Assembly: GCA_963736855.1 (NCBI GenBank) | Contig: CAVTQK010000015.1 | Location: 544,001 to 608,000, forward strand | DNA: 64,000 nt | From: an uncultured delta proteobacterium | GTDB lineage: Bacteria; Desulfobacterota; Desulfobacteria; Desulfobacterales; UBA2156 | Direction: 5' to 3' | In this document: positions 1 through 10,298 of the stretch, in pieces | Layout: every line of letters begins with the position of its first letter | Position numbering within the stretch: position 1 is the stretch's first letter | Translations under genes and position numbers: made by a program | Notes under the pieces: generated by a model | What the model saw: the letters and a program-made list of their open reading frames with translations, nothing else | What the model was told of the DNA's origin: nothing | Databases searched by the model: none

Positions 1-273
1 CATAGCCTTTGCCCTCAATTTTTCAGTCAGTTCTTCATATAGAACCGGTTCCTTGTCCACGAACAAGGAGCCATCGGATTTGACCGTGACGGTCAGGATC
101 GTCTTTCGATCCATCTGAGTTGTGGAGGAGATGGGGAGCACTACGGGAACACCCCGATGTATCGCCATAGAGAGCATGCCGTAGATGAAAAAAACGAGGA
201 CCAAAAAGATCATGTCGATGAGCGGTATCATCTCAATTCTGGGCTTCTTATTTACATATTGTGGCAGTTTCAT
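1..273 (-). CDS. exbD: ExbD/TolR biopolymer transport protein (3' end runs off the window)
   Basis: Manual translation MKLPQYVNKKPRIEMIPLIDMIFLVLVFFIYGMLSM contains the ExbD 'PLID' TM motif. ATG at 271-273 overlaps the exbB stop (ATGA). Not in the ORF track. Confidence 0.9.
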   Translation of the reverse strand, partial: MKLPQYVNKKPRIEMIPLIDMIFLVLVFFIYGMLSMAIHRGVPVVLPISSTTQMDRKTILTVTVKSDGSLFVDKEPVLYEELTEKLRAKAM

Positions 274-902
274 CTAAGGGGCCTCTCTGTCGGATCCATC
301 TTTTTAGGAAGCTTCTCATAGACGATCTCGAGGCTGGTGGCGTATTTTTCGATAGCGATGGCGGCGCTTTCCACCCGGGAGTTGAAGTAGTTGTAAGGGA
401 AGATGGAGAAAATGGCGATTCCCAGACCGGCGGCGGTGGTGATGAGGGCTTCGGCGATTCCGGCGGTGACCATCTGGGGATTCTCGATACCGGAGGTCCC
501 CAGGACATCAAAGGAATGAATGATACCGGTGACCGTCCCGAGGATGCCCAATAAAGGAGCGACGGTGATGAGGGTGTCTAGGATGCTCATGAAGCGCCGC
601 ATCTGCTTCAGTTCATCGGCGGCTGTGGCTTCCATGGCCTTACTCATGGAGAATTCCCGGTGCAGGATGCCGCTGACCAGGATGCGGATGATATAATCTT
701 TGGATCCTGTCACTTTTCCTTTGACGCTTTCCCAGTTTCCCACCCGGCAAAGTTCCAGGACTTCATTCACCAGGGCTTGATTCCGCCGGATATCCAGTTG
801 AATCCAATAGATCAGGCGTTCAATTACCACCGTCAGCATAATCAGAGAGCAGGCTAAAAGGGGGTACATGACCGGCCCCCCGCTTTGAAACAGGGCTATC
901 AT
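270..902 (-). CDS. exbB: ExbB/MotA/TolQ proton channel protein
   Basis: APLLGILGTVTGII and GIAEALITTAAGL motifs; lies between a TonB-dependent receptor and exbD. Confidence 0.9.
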   Translation of the reverse strand: MIALFQSGGPVMYPLLACSLIMLTVVIERLIYWIQLDIRRNQALVNEVLELCRVGNWESVKGKVTGSKDYIIRILVSGILHREFSMSKAMEATAADELKQMRRFMSILDTLITVAPLLGILGTVTGIIHSFDVLGTSGIENPQMVTAGIAEALITTAAGLGIAIFSIFPYNYFNSRVESAAIAIEKYATSLEIVYEKLPKKMDPTERPLR

Positions 903-1040
903 GGCAATTTATTCCCATCGTTTTTGAAGGTGAATCATCGGTCGCCTTAAAACAAAACCTTAGGTCTTATTATGGATCCCATACCGGATTTTCCCGTTTC
1001 CTTCAAGGCATCGGCCAGGCCTCCGGGTCATCTGAAACAG

Positions 1041-1072
1041 GAAATGCCGGGCAGGTGAGACCCGGCATTTTC
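1041..1072 (-). terminator. Stem-loop downstream of the TonB-dependent receptor gene
   Basis: GAAATGCCGGG-CAGGTGAGA-CCCGGCATTT inverted repeat about 20 nt after the stop codon. Confidence 0.55.
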
Positions 1073-1091
1073 GCATGCATCTCAGCGGAGA

Positions 1092-3140
1092 TTAGAACTC
1101 GTAGCCGAGTTTGACAAAAATGGAGCGTCCGGCCCCCGGAAACCCTTCAAGGGTCGTTTCGCCGGTTGAAAAATTATAAAAAGGACTCAGGTAAGTGTCA
1201 TATTCCTCATCCAAAAGATTGTTTGCGGATAAAGAAACGAGCCAGTGCTCGAAGACACGTTGGGTGAGCCGAAGATCCATGGTCCAATAAGCATCCAGCG
1301 TTCCCGTGGGCTCGGTAAGCGTCTTGTCGGACCCGTAATAGAGGCGATCTCCCATGTACCGTAACGTCAGCTGGGTGGTCAGTCCGAAGCTTGCCCTATG
1401 CGTGAGGGTCCCTTTGAATTGATGCTCAGGCGTGTAGGTCGCCTGTCGGGTGACGAATGCATTTTCTTCCTCTGCATCCGTATAAGTATAAGACAGTCCA
1501 AAGGTCATGTTCTGATAAGGACCGATATTCAGTCCGGCTTCCCAACCGGTTCCTTCGAAACGATCCAGATTAACGGGCCTGTAATGCCAGTTGTCATCAG
1601 GTTGCCATTGGATCTTGTCGTTGACGTCCCACTCAAAGTACGTCAAAAATGCAAAGATCCGGTCTTTCCAGAATCGGTGCTCCACCGTGGCGTCCGAGTG
1701 CCAGCCGGTTTCGGGTTTCAAGTCGGGATTTCCCTCAAGGGAATAAAATCCGAAATCCTGGTTGGGCCAGAATAGATCGTTGGGGGTAGGGGCCAAAAAG
1801 TGCTTCCCGTGACTGATTTTAATGGCGGTGCGGTCCCCGGCGTTGATGACCGCACCGAAAAGGGGAAGATTTTCGGTACCGAATGTGGAATGCTTTTCCT
1901 GCCGCACGCCGGCCAGGGCTTTGAAATAATCACAGGGCCGATACTGAGCCTCCATGTACAGACCCGTGGTATGCAAATCGGCATCGAAAGAGTTCCGGGA
2001 AGCGGGCGCTTCACCACCTCCGGCGGTGAGATTCACGCTGTCGTTTTCCCAGCTGTAATTTTTATGATCCATTCCTACCAGGACTGTGGCGCCTTTGAAT
2101 AGCCGGATATTGGCATTGGCTTCTATGCCGCGCACCGCGTTGGTCACCTTCAGTTGCGTGCCGGCCAAGTCGTTGTTGGAATCGACATACCAGTCCAAGT
2201 CCTCATTTTCCAGTTGAGTGTAATCCCCCCTCGCGTTCAGAGTCAGCCAGTCCAAGGGGCGGCTTTTGAGCTGAAGGATCAGATGACTGTCTTTGTCGTT
2301 TCCTTCGGCCAGAAGGTTGGCGGCATCGGCATCGTAGAACTTAACCCCTCCGACAAAGAAATCCTGAGTTCCATCAGGAGGCTGGACACCGGGACGTCCG
2401 TATTCCCGGTCAATATAGTCTCCATAGAGGCTCATGTTCAGAACGTCTCCTTTGTCCCAGACCAGCTTCAGAGAAACGTCGTTGTGGGTCAAGTCGCTGT
2501 TTTCTCTGAAACCGTCGGTTTCTCTGCGACCGGCGGTCAGGTAATAGCCGAAGTCGCCGAAGAAAAACATGCCGGATTCCGCTGTCAGCTCATAGGTATT
2601 CTGGGTGCCGTATCCGGCGCCGGCTTTCAGATCGACCTGATCTCTCCTGGGGCTCTTCGTGATGATGTTGACGGTTCCCCCCATGGCGCCGGATCCGTAA
2701 AGGAGGGACCCGGAGCCCTTAACCACCTCCACCCGCTCGATATTGTTGAGGGGAACCTTGCTGACATCGGCTGTGCCCAGGGAAGGAGAGGCGATGTTTA
2801 CCCCGTTGAGTAGGACCTGGGTGCCGTTGGCGCTCATTCCTCGGATTTGGATGGTTTCAGAGGCACCTCCGTAATCCCCATAAGTCCTCCAGTCGACCCC
2901 GGGTTCATTGGCCAGCAGTTCTCCCATGCTCTTGGCGGGACTTTCTTCGATGTCGAGCGAGTCCATGAGAATTACAGAGTTGGGTATGTCTTTTCTCTTT
3001 TCCTCGGTTTTCGTGGCACTGACCACCACCTCTTCCAGAACGCTCGGCACGGAATCGTCTTTCGGATTCCGGGGCTCCGCCGCCATTGCACCGGAGACCA
3101 TGAGAATCAGTGCGACCGCCGTCCACCCATGTTTTTTCAT
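1092..3140 (-). CDS. btuB: TonB-dependent outer membrane receptor, probably cobalamin (BtuB-like)
   Basis: Signal peptide, TonB box EEVVVSAT, plug motif IERVEVVKGSGSLLYGSGAMGGTVNIITK, C-terminal Phe; cobalamin riboswitch upstream. Confidence 0.85.
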   Translation of the reverse strand: MKKHGWTAVALILMVSGAMAAEPRNPKDDSVPSVLEEVVVSATKTEEKRKDIPNSVILMDSLDIEESPAKSMGELLANEPGVDWRTYGDYGGASETIQIRGMSANGTQVLLNGVNIASPSLGTADVSKVPLNNIERVEVVKGSGSLLYGSGAMGGTVNIITKSPRRDQVDLKAGAGYGTQNTYELTAESGMFFFGDFGYYLTAGRRETDGFRENSDLTHNDVSLKLVWDKGDVLNMSLYGDYIDREYGRPGVQPPDGTQDFFVGGVKFYDADAANLLAEGNDKDSHLILQLKSRPLDWLTLNARGDYTQLENEDLDWYVDSNNDLAGTQLKVTNAVRGIEANANIRLFKGATVLVGMDHKNYSWENDSVNLTAGGGEAPASRNSFDADLHTTGLYMEAQYRPCDYFKALAGVRQEKHSTFGTENLPLFGAVINAGDRTAIKISHGKHFLAPTPNDLFWPNQDFGFYSLEGNPDLKPETGWHSDATVEHRFWKDRIFAFLTYFEWDVNDKIQWQPDDNWHYRPVNLDRFEGTGWEAGLNIGPYQNMTFGLSYTYTDAEEENAFVTRQATYTPEHQFKGTLTHRASFGLTTQLTLRYMGDRLYYGSDKTLTEPTGTLDAYWTMDLRLTQRVFEHWLVSLSANNLLDEEYDTYLSPFYNFSTGETTLEGFPGAGRSIFVKLGYEF

Positions 3141-3183
3141 CTTTTCCTCCTATGGCAAAAACCGTTCATTCCGGGTCCGGAAT

Positions 3184-3224
3184 AAAAAATCCCCGGACCG
3201 ACATTTTCTCGATCCGGGGATTTT
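3184..3224 (-). terminator. Intrinsic terminator/attenuator, expression platform of the riboswitch
   Basis: Minus strand AAAATCCCCGGA...TCCGGGGATTTTTT hairpin with U-tract, between the aptamer and the btuB start. Confidence 0.7.
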
Positions 3225-3281
3225 CCCTTTTTGAATCCTGAGATCATTTGGTGCATTTTTTTCCTCGAAAAAGGCACCTTT

Positions 3282-3447
3282 TGTTCAGGCAGGTCTTCTG
3301 ACTTACGGATCTTCCTACTTGCCGCGCCTTCCCATTTCCATCATGCGCGAAACAGTGGCGTCTGCGGCGTTCGTCCCCGATCACAGCGGCGGGCCCGTCC
3401 CCTATTTACAAGGGGTTCCCTTTTCAGCTCTAAGGAGCACCCGAACG
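3282..3447 (-). ncRNA. Cobalamin (AdoCbl) riboswitch
   Basis: Minus strand has GGTGC..., AAAAGGGAA, CCCGCCGCTGTGA, GCCACTG, GGGAAGGC and the B12 box AGTCAGAAGACCTGCC in canonical order. Confidence 0.93.
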
Positions 3448-3657
3448 ATCACCCCTTTAGATGGGGAAAAGCAGAAAGTCAATCGATTTTTAAACCTCTC
3501 TTTCGACTCGATCGAAACCGGTGGTTTTTTGAGCGGGCGGTTTTAATACCAAGGGGCGGTTTGATTATATCAAAATGCCTATAAACATGGAACCGATGCG
3601 ACAACATCCCTGTCTAGAGAAGGCGATCTGTCGGGCCTCTATAAGAACAGTTTTCAT

Positions 3658-3687
3658 GAAACGGCGGGCTTGCAAGCCCGCCGTTTC
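3658..3687. terminator. Perfect 30-bp palindrome, likely terminator of the response regulator gene
   Basis: GAAACGGCGGGCTTG|CAAGCCCGCCGTTTC immediately after the stop at 3690. Confidence 0.6.
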
Positions 3688-3689
3688 GA

Positions 3690-4580
3690 TTATCGAAGGG
3701 TCAACAGGTGCGTCCTCAGGTTACCGCCCCTCTTCTTCAGGCCGAGTTTCCTTCGGATATGGTTTCGATGTGCGTCGATGGTCCGCTTGGACAATTCGAA
3801 GATTTCGGCGATTTCCTTGGTGCTTCTTCCCTGTTTGATCAGGTTGGCGATCTGGACTTCCTTGGGTGTAAGGTTTACGTACTTCGTGGATAGGGTATGG
3901 CCGAAAGGAGAGATGATCTCCGTGAGGGACATCTCAACGATTTCCACAAAAGTTTGCTGGCTGGAATCGAGCTTGGTGACTTTGAGCTTTTCCAGGTAGG
4001 GCTGTACCATCCGTTTGACATTGAGGAGGATCTTTTCCTCAAGCTCATTTTTGTCATCTTCCCGCTTCTTGAGAATGGTTTTGAGGGCGGTGTTGGTGTC
4101 TTCAAGGTTCATCGTTCTGGTTTTAAGCTCTTCAGTGCGTTCCTGGACCATCTCTTCCAACCGGTTCCGTTCCGTTCTTAGGGATTCTTCGCTCTCTTTC
4201 AGTTTTCGCTCCAGTTCGATGCGCTGCAGCGCGATTTCCACCGTCGCCTTGACCTGGTAATCATGGAACGGTTTAAGAATATAACCCACAATCTGCAGCG
4301 ACTTGGCTTGTTCCAGCCATTTCTCATCATCATGAGCCGTGATGAAAATGATAGGAATATCGGACTTGGCCTGTATCTTTTTAGCGGCTTGAATCCCGTT
4401 CATTCCTCCCGGCAAGATGATATCCATCAAGATCAGTTCCGGTTTGTATTTTTTGGCCATCTCGACGGCTTCTTTTCCGGACATGGCCCGGCCCACCACT
4501 TCATATCCCATGGATTCCAACGTTCCCTCAAGCTGGAGTCCGATTATCGCCTCGTCTTCAACAATAAGCAATTTACTCAC
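3690..4580 (-). CDS. Response regulator: REC domain, coiled coil, LuxR-type HTH
   Basis: LLIVEDE / ILMDI / YILKP receiver motifs; C-terminal LTPKEVQIANLIKQGRSTKEIA...HRNHIRRKLG. Confidence 0.9.
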   Translation of the reverse strand: MSKLLIVEDEAIIGLQLEGTLESMGYEVVGRAMSGKEAVEMAKKYKPELILMDIILPGGMNGIQAAKKIQAKSDIPIIFITAHDDEKWLEQAKSLQIVGYILKPFHDYQVKATVEIALQRIELERKLKESEESLRTERNRLEEMVQERTEELKTRTMNLEDTNTALKTILKKREDDKNELEEKILLNVKRMVQPYLEKLKVTKLDSSQQTFVEIVEMSLTEIISPFGHTLSTKYVNLTPKEVQIANLIKQGRSTKEIAEIFELSKRTIDAHRNHIRRKLGLKKRGGNLRTHLLTLR

Positions 4581-4843
4581 GGTTCAATCCTCTCTGTTTA
4601 AATATTTTGTCAATTTAAATACCTCAAAAAGCTCGGGCTTCTATTTGGTATCAATGAGTATAAATAAATTTGTTTTACTAACATAATGAATGCATCTTTA
4701 CAATATTTTTGTAGAATGTCAATAGATCAGAAAAGAATGCAGCTGTTTTTTTATCGTTTATCCCATTTTAACCCGTTTTACGGTTTTTAACTCCACCTCC
4801 ACCGCGCTATTCGAATAATCAGGGAACCTCTACTTTAACTAAA

Positions 4844-4955
4844 TTGAGCGATTTTCGAATTTGCCGCAGATGCAAGGCGTCCGGAAGCGAAGGCGTACAA
4901 TTCGTACGTCGAGCTTTCGGCAACGCAGCAGATGCGGTGAAATCGGAAATCCCAA
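4844..4955. repeat. About 110-bp imperfect palindromic (REP/MITE-like) element
   Basis: Nested pairings: CCGGAAGC/GCTTTCGG, GGCGTAC-AATTC-GTACGTC, GATTTTCGA...GCCGCA/TGCGGT...TCGGAAATC. Confidence 0.55.
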
Positions 4956-4958
4956 AGG

Positions 4959-5088
4959 GTTTTCAATTCGGCAAATCATTTCACTGCATAACTTTTATGG
5001 TACACCCGATGGGTGGGCAATTGGAAGGGTCAACTCCGTTCCAACACAAAGATATTCAAACACAATTCACTTTTGCCGAATTGAAAAC
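4959..5088. repeat. 130-bp segment bounded by a perfect 17-bp inverted repeat
   Basis: GTTTTCAATTCGGCAAA (4959-4975) and TTTGCCGAATTGAAAAC (5072-5088). Confidence 0.65.
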
Positions 5089-5290
5089 GATCAATTTGAG
5101 CTTAAGCAGGTTTCTGCTTTTAACGACATGAAAATAATTCGAATGAAGGAGGAGGTTATTTAGCTGAGCAATTGAGTATGATTTTGACAATTACGCAGAT
5201 TTGTTTTATTTTCTAAAATATTAAAGAGTTATAAACGCTATAAACAGCAAGGCTTTTCAAGGAAATTACCTGAAATCAGGAGATCAGATC

Positions 5291-6241
5291 ATGGATTCAA
5301 AATCCGACCATCAGGAACCCAGTTGCAGAATCGATATGGAAACGCTTTCAAATTTCAGAAAAAAACTTCCAGACGTTGCGGAGCGGATCATCGAAAGCTG
5401 CAGCGACGATAAGTGTTACACCCACATCGATTACGACCCGATCCCGTCCAAGGAATCGGTGATTGAAATCATCGAACGCATGAAGGAAATTATTTTTCCG
5501 GGATATTTCAGCCGCAGCCGGCTTGACCCGGCCAACCTGAAATACAATATGGGACAGTCGGTGTCGATCCTCTTCGATGTCCTGTCCGAACAGATCACCC
5601 GGAGCGTCCGCCACGACTGCATCCGATATGATTTGGCATGCACCGAATGCGCGGAGCAAGGGCACCAGATCGCCCTCAGCATCCTGGAGGCTGTGCCTTT
5701 AATTCGGAAAACCCTGGCTATGGATGTACGCGCGACTTTCGAAGGTGACCCGGCGTCCAAGAGTGACGACGAAATCATCTTTAGTTATCCCGGTATATTT
5801 GCCACCATGGTTTACCGGATTGCCCACGTGTTGTTTCAATCCGGGGTTCCTCTGCTCCCCAGGATCATGTCGGAATACGCCCACGCCCAGACCGGCGTCG
5901 ACATTCACCCGGGCGCCCGAATCGGTGAGGAGTTCGTCATCGACCACGGCACGGGGGTCGTCATCGGCGAAACCACAGAGGTCGGAAACCGGGTCCGGAT
6001 CTACCAGGGCGTGACCTTGGGGGCTCTTTCCCTCCCCAAAGGCGCCGGGAATCGATTGCGCGGGAAAAAGCGACATCCCACCATAGAGGATGACGTGATC
6101 ATCTATTCTGGAGCCACCATTCTCGGGGGCGATACGGTGATCGGAGCGCGATCGGTGATCGGGGGAAATGTCTGGATCACCCGATCCGTCCCTCCGGATA
6201 CGAAAGTCCTGCTGGAAGAACCGAGGCTGATTTACAAATAG
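5291..6241 (+). CDS. cysE: Serine O-acetyltransferase
   Basis: [38 protein letters not shown] motifs; upstream of cysK. Confidence 0.93.
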   Translation: MDSKSDHQEPSCRIDMETLSNFRKKLPDVAERIIESCSDDKCYTHIDYDPIPSKESVIEIIERMKEIIFPGYFSRSRLDPANLKYNMGQSVSILFDVLSEQITRSVRHDCIRYDLACTECAEQGHQIALSILEAVPLIRKTLAMDVRATFEGDPASKSDDEIIFSYPGIFATMVYRIAHVLFQSGVPLLPRIMSEYAHAQTGVDIHPGARIGEEFVIDHGTGVVIGETTEVGNRVRIYQGVTLGALSLPKGAGNRLRGKKRHPTIEDDVIIYSGATILGGDTVIGARSVIGGNVWITRSVPPDTKVLLEEPRLIYK

Positions 6242-6315
6242 AGATATTCGGCAGCTATTCTATTTGCAGCCGTCTTGTCATCGTCCAGAACCCGCGGAGA
6301 AAAAAGGAAGGGATC

Positions 6316-7242
6316 ATGAGGATATTGAATAGCATCACAAAGACCATCGGCTGCACACCGATGGTCCGGATCAATAAAATTGCCGAAGGGGTGGATGCGG
6401 AGATCATCGCCAAGCTGGAATTTTTCAACCCCTTGAGCAGCGTCAAGGATCGGATCGCCGTATCCATGATCGATGCCGCTGAAAAAAACGGCCTGATCAA
6501 ATCCGACACACTCATCGTGGAGCCTACCAGCGGAAATACCGGAATCGCCCTGGCTTTTGTGTGCGCTGCAAAGGGGTACCGGCTCTGTCTGACCATGCCT
6601 GAAACCATGAGTATCGAAAGAAGGAAGTTGCTCAAACACCTGGGTGCGGAACTGGTCCTCACACCGGGACCGCAGGGGATGAAAGGGGCCATCGAGAAGG
6701 CTCGGGAGATTACCACGTCCATGAAAGGATCCTACATGCCTGATCAATTCTCGAATCCGGCCAACCCCCGGGTTCACCGGGAAACCACGGCGGAAGAGAT
6801 CTGGCACGATACGGAAGGCACTGTGGACATCCTGGTCGCCGGTGTGGGCACCGGCGGGACCATTACCGGCATTGCTCAGGCGATCAAGCCCAGGAAACCT
6901 TCTTTCAAGGCCATCGCCGTGGAACCGGCGGACTCTCCGGTTTTATCCGGCGGAAAGCCCGGCCCCCACAAAATCCAGGGAATCGGTGCCGGGTTCGTCC
7001 CGGATGTCCTGGACCGCAGCATCATCGACGATGTGGTCACCGTCGCCGATGAAGATGCCTTTGCCACCGCCCGTCGACTGGCTGCGAAAGAGGGAATTCT
7101 CTGTGGCATCTCTTCAGGAGCCGCCATGTGGGCCGCACTCCAGGTGGCCCGGCGGCCGGAATCCGCCGGAAAACGGATCGTGGTCATCCTTGCCAGCACC
7201 GGCGAGCGATACCTTTCTACCGAATTGTTCAAAAACGCCTGA
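6316..7242 (+). CDS. cysK: Cysteine synthase A
   Basis: [16 protein letters not shown] (PLP lysine), [31 protein letters not shown]. Confidence 0.95.
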   Translation: MRILNSITKTIGCTPMVRINKIAEGVDAEIIAKLEFFNPLSSVKDRIAVSMIDAAEKNGLIKSDTLIVEPTSGNTGIALAFVCAAKGYRLCLTMPETMSIERRKLLKHLGAELVLTPGPQGMKGAIEKAREITTSMKGSYMPDQFSNPANPRVHRETTAEEIWHDTEGTVDILVAGVGTGGTITGIAQAIKPRKPSFKAIAVEPADSPVLSGGKPGPHKIQGIGAGFVPDVLDRSIIDDVVTVADEDAFATARRLAAKEGILCGISSGAAMWAALQVARRPESAGKRIVVILASTGERYLSTELFKNA

Positions 7243-7255
7243 AAGCGCCCTACTC

Positions 7256-7292
7256 AAAACCCGGCATTCGGAAATTGAATGCCGGGTTTTTT
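7256..7292 (+). terminator. Rho-independent terminator after cysK
   Basis: AAAACCCGGCATTC-GGAAATT-GAATGCCGGGTTTTTT. Confidence 0.85.
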
Positions 7293-7378
7293 GTTTTTGT
7301 TTGTTTTTTCCTCATATTTCTTGTAACAAAAAACTGTAGATGAAACCTCTACATCCCTTTTTTACCGCGGTAAGGACC

Positions 7379-8758
7379 ATGGCGTTTCGAATCGAATCCG
7401 ACAGCATGGGAGAGGTGAGGATCCCTGAAAGCGCCTACTACGGGCCCCAGACCCAGCGGGCCCGGGACAATTTTCCCATAAGCGGTCGGACCTTTCCGCC
7501 GGCTTTGATTGGCGCAATCGCCCAGATCAAGGAACATGCTGCTGCGGTCAACCGCGATCTGGGGCTTCTGGATGGAAAGGTCGCCGCTGCTGTTATCCAG
7601 GCAGCAAGAGAAGTCCGCGAAAGACGATTCGATGACCAGTTTGTGGTGGACGTGTTCCAGACCGGTTCCGGGACTTCCACCAACATGAACATGAACGAAA
7701 TATTGGCCTCCCGTGCCAACGAAATTTTGACCGGAAGGAAAGGGGGGCGGTCGCCGGTTCATCCCAACGACCATGTGAACCTGGGACAATCCAGCAACGA
7801 CATCATTCCCTCGGCCATACACATCGCCGCCTCACTGTCGATCCGAAACGAGCTGATCCCCGCCCTTCATATTCTGCAAAACGCGCTCTCTTCGAAGGCC
7901 CAAGCCTTTGCGGGAATTTCGAAGATCGGCCGGACTCATCTCCAGGACGCCCTCCCGGTAACCCTGGGTCAGGAATTTTCCGCTTATGCACGCCAGGTGG
8001 AACTGGGTATCCGTCGTGTGGAGCGCACCCTCGATGGCCTTGATGAATTGGCCCTGGGGGGAACCGCCGTGGGGACCGGTGCCAATGCTCATCCGCGGTT
8101 CGCGGCAGAAATTATTTCCCGGATCGCGGCGGAAACCGGAGTTCCCTTTTATGAGGCCAAAAATCATTTCGAAGCGCAGGGGGCCCAGGATGCCGCAGTA
8201 GAGACCAGCGGGGCGCTGAAGACCCTGGCGGTTAGTCTCATGAAGATCGCCAACGACATTCGGTGGATGGCTTCCGGACCCCGATGCGGACTCAAGGAGA
8301 TCAACCTTCCTGCCTTACAACCCGGATCCTCAATTATGCCCGGAAAGATAAACCCGGTTATCTGCGAATCCGTCATTCAGGTAGCGATGCAGGTTGTGGG
8401 AAATGATACCGTTGTTACTCTGGGAGGAACCGGAGGCGTTCTGGAGCTGAACCTCTCCTTGCCGGTCATCGCCGACAACCTCCTGGGATCCATTTCCCTG
8501 TTGACCGCTGCCGCCCGGGTTTTTGCCGGAAAATGCATCGAAGGTATCACGGCCAACGCTGACATCTGCGAGGCCAACATCGAAAAGAGCTTGGCCTTGG
8601 CAACCCTCCTGATCCCGCACATCGGTTACGACCGGGCGGCCTCTCTGGCCAAACAGGCCCATGATTCCGGTAAAACCATCCGGGAAACGGTAAAAGAGGC
8701 CGGCATCTTGCCTGATGATGATCTGAACCGAATACTGAAATGGGATGGATCGACTTGA
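7379..8758 (+). CDS. fumC: Class II fumarate hydratase
   Basis: RIESDSMG, FQTGSGTSTNMNMNE, GSSIMPGKINP signature; start moved to ATG 7379 after TAAGGA. Confidence 0.93.
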   Translation: MAFRIESDSMGEVRIPESAYYGPQTQRARDNFPISGRTFPPALIGAIAQIKEHAAAVNRDLGLLDGKVAAAVIQAAREVRERRFDDQFVVDVFQTGSGTSTNMNMNEILASRANEILTGRKGGRSPVHPNDHVNLGQSSNDIIPSAIHIAASLSIRNELIPALHILQNALSSKAQAFAGISKIGRTHLQDALPVTLGQEFSAYARQVELGIRRVERTLDGLDELALGGTAVGTGANAHPRFAAEIISRIAAETGVPFYEAKNHFEAQGAQDAAVETSGALKTLAVSLMKIANDIRWMASGPRCGLKEINLPALQPGSSIMPGKINPVICESVIQVAMQVVGNDTVVTLGGTGGVLELNLSLPVIADNLLGSISLLTAAARVFAGKCIEGITANADICEANIEKSLALATLLIPHIGYDRAASLAKQAHDSGKTIRETVKEAGILPDDDLNRILKWDGST

Positions 8759-9696
8759 ATCCAGAAGCAATATCTACCAGACGCTGGAATTGGGGCCGCA
8801 TAAAGCTTTTTTTCGCCCTTTCCCGAACACCCCACAGTCTCATTGACATGGCTTCCCCGGCCCTGGCGGCGCTGTTGTCTTCGGGATCCTTTCCTCCCTT
8901 GGGGGTGATCCTTTTGGGTCTGTTCACCGCATTTGCCGGTTACACCGCTGTCTATGCTTTAAACGACCTGATCGACTACCGGAGCGACCGGGAAAAAGCG
9001 AAATCAGCGGGAGTTGCCCCCAAAACAAGCGATCTCGATGCTCTCATGGTCCGGCATCCCCTAGCCCAGGGCCTTTTAACTTTTAAAGAAGGTTTTTTGT
9101 GGACTTTTGCGTGGGGAACCGCGGCGCTGTTGGGCGCCTGGGTGTTGAATCCGGTGTGTCTTTTACTTTTTTTTGCCGCTTGTCTTTTAGAAATCTTTTA
9201 TTGCCTCTTGTGGCGTATTACTCCTTATCGCGCCATAATCAACGGGCTGGTTAAAACCGCCGGCCCTCTGGCGGCCGTCTTTGCTGTGAATTCCGACCCG
9301 TCGCTTCTTTTTCTGGTACTGGTTTTCCTGTTGATCTTTTTTTGGGAAATCGGCGGTCAGAACATCCCCAATGATTGGACCGACATAGAAGAAGATCGGC
9401 GCTTTAAGGCCAAGACCGTTCCGATCTATTTCGGTCCGGAGAGATCCAGCCACATGATTCTGGGTTCTCTCACCGCAGCCATTCTTTTGAGCATGCTCCT
9501 CTTTGTCGCTTGCCCGGCAGATTTTGTCCCGCTTTTCTATCTGATCATCGGCGTTTTGGGCGGGATTCTTTTGATATGGCCGGCAATGCGCCTTTCAAAA
9601 AACCTGCGGGATAAAGACGCCATGCTTCTCTTCAATCTTGCAAGCTATTATCCTTTTTCTCTCTTGATCGTTGCCGTAGTCAATCTGGTAATTTAA
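8740..9696 (+). CDS. UbiA-family prenyltransferase
   Basis: Multi-TM protein with Asp-rich motifs NDLIDYRSD and NDWTDIEED, plus RHPLAQG. Confidence 0.85.
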   Translation: MGWIDLNPEAISTRRWNWGRIKLFFALSRTPHSLIDMASPALAALLSSGSFPPLGVILLGLFTAFAGYTAVYALNDLIDYRSDREKAKSAGVAPKTSDLDALMVRHPLAQGLLTFKEGFLWTFAWGTAALLGAWVLNPVCLLLFFAACLLEIFYCLLWRITPYRAIINGLVKTAGPLAAVFAVNSDPSLLFLVLVFLLIFFWEIGGQNIPNDWTDIEEDRRFKAKTVPIYFGPERSSHMILGSLTAAILLSMLLFVACPADFVPLFYLIIGVLGGILLIWPAMRLSKNLRDKDAMLLFNLASYYPFSLLIVAVVNLVI

Positions 9697-10279
9697 CGGC
9701 CACACCCAAGATTCCCAGAAAGCGGGACTCGAGGACGGATTCAAAAAAGAGGCCGGCATCCGCTAACGCCATTTTCAGGTCTTTGCCGTCGAAGCGGTTT
9801 TCAGTGGGATGAAGGAGAAGGCGGCGGGTGATCGCATTGAGGTATAAAGGCGGGTAAATCTCTTCGATATAGTATAGGCCACCGGGCTTGAGGACCCTTG
9901 CGATTTCTTCTACAGCAGATTGCCAGTGCGGGACATGATGTAAAAATCCGAACCCGAATATGACATCATAAACAGCGCTTTGAAAGGGGAGCCGGGTGCT
10001 GTCCCCGACGTAAAGGGATACTCGGGCGCGCTCTCCAGGAGTTAAGAATCCCTTAGCCTTTTGCACCATCAAATAGTCGAGGTCCAAAGCATCGATGCGA
10101 CAAGGATGCATCTTTTTCAGCAAGATCCGGGCGCCGGCACCCCGGCCGCATCCGATTTCCAGAAAGCGGAGATTCGGCCGGGGAAGTGCTGTATGCATAA
10201 ACCACAGCATTTCCATTTGCTGCATGGCCATCCGAAACGGATTGTTGACCACCAGACGTTCCGCCCAATTGAGTTTCAT
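9680..10279 (-). CDS. Class I SAM-dependent methyltransferase
   Basis: LEIGCGRG, LHHVP, RVLKPGG. Confidence 0.85.
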   Translation of the reverse strand: MKLNWAERLVVNNPFRMAMQQMEMLWFMHTALPRPNLRFLEIGCGRGAGARILLKKMHPCRIDALDLDYLMVQKAKGFLTPGERARVSLYVGDSTRLPFQSAVYDVIFGFGFLHHVPHWQSAVEEIARVLKPGGLYYIEEIYPPLYLNAITRRLLLHPTENRFDGKDLKMALADAGLFFESVLESRFLGILGVAVKLPD

Positions 10280-10298
10280 GCCGCCTCCCTCATCTGAA

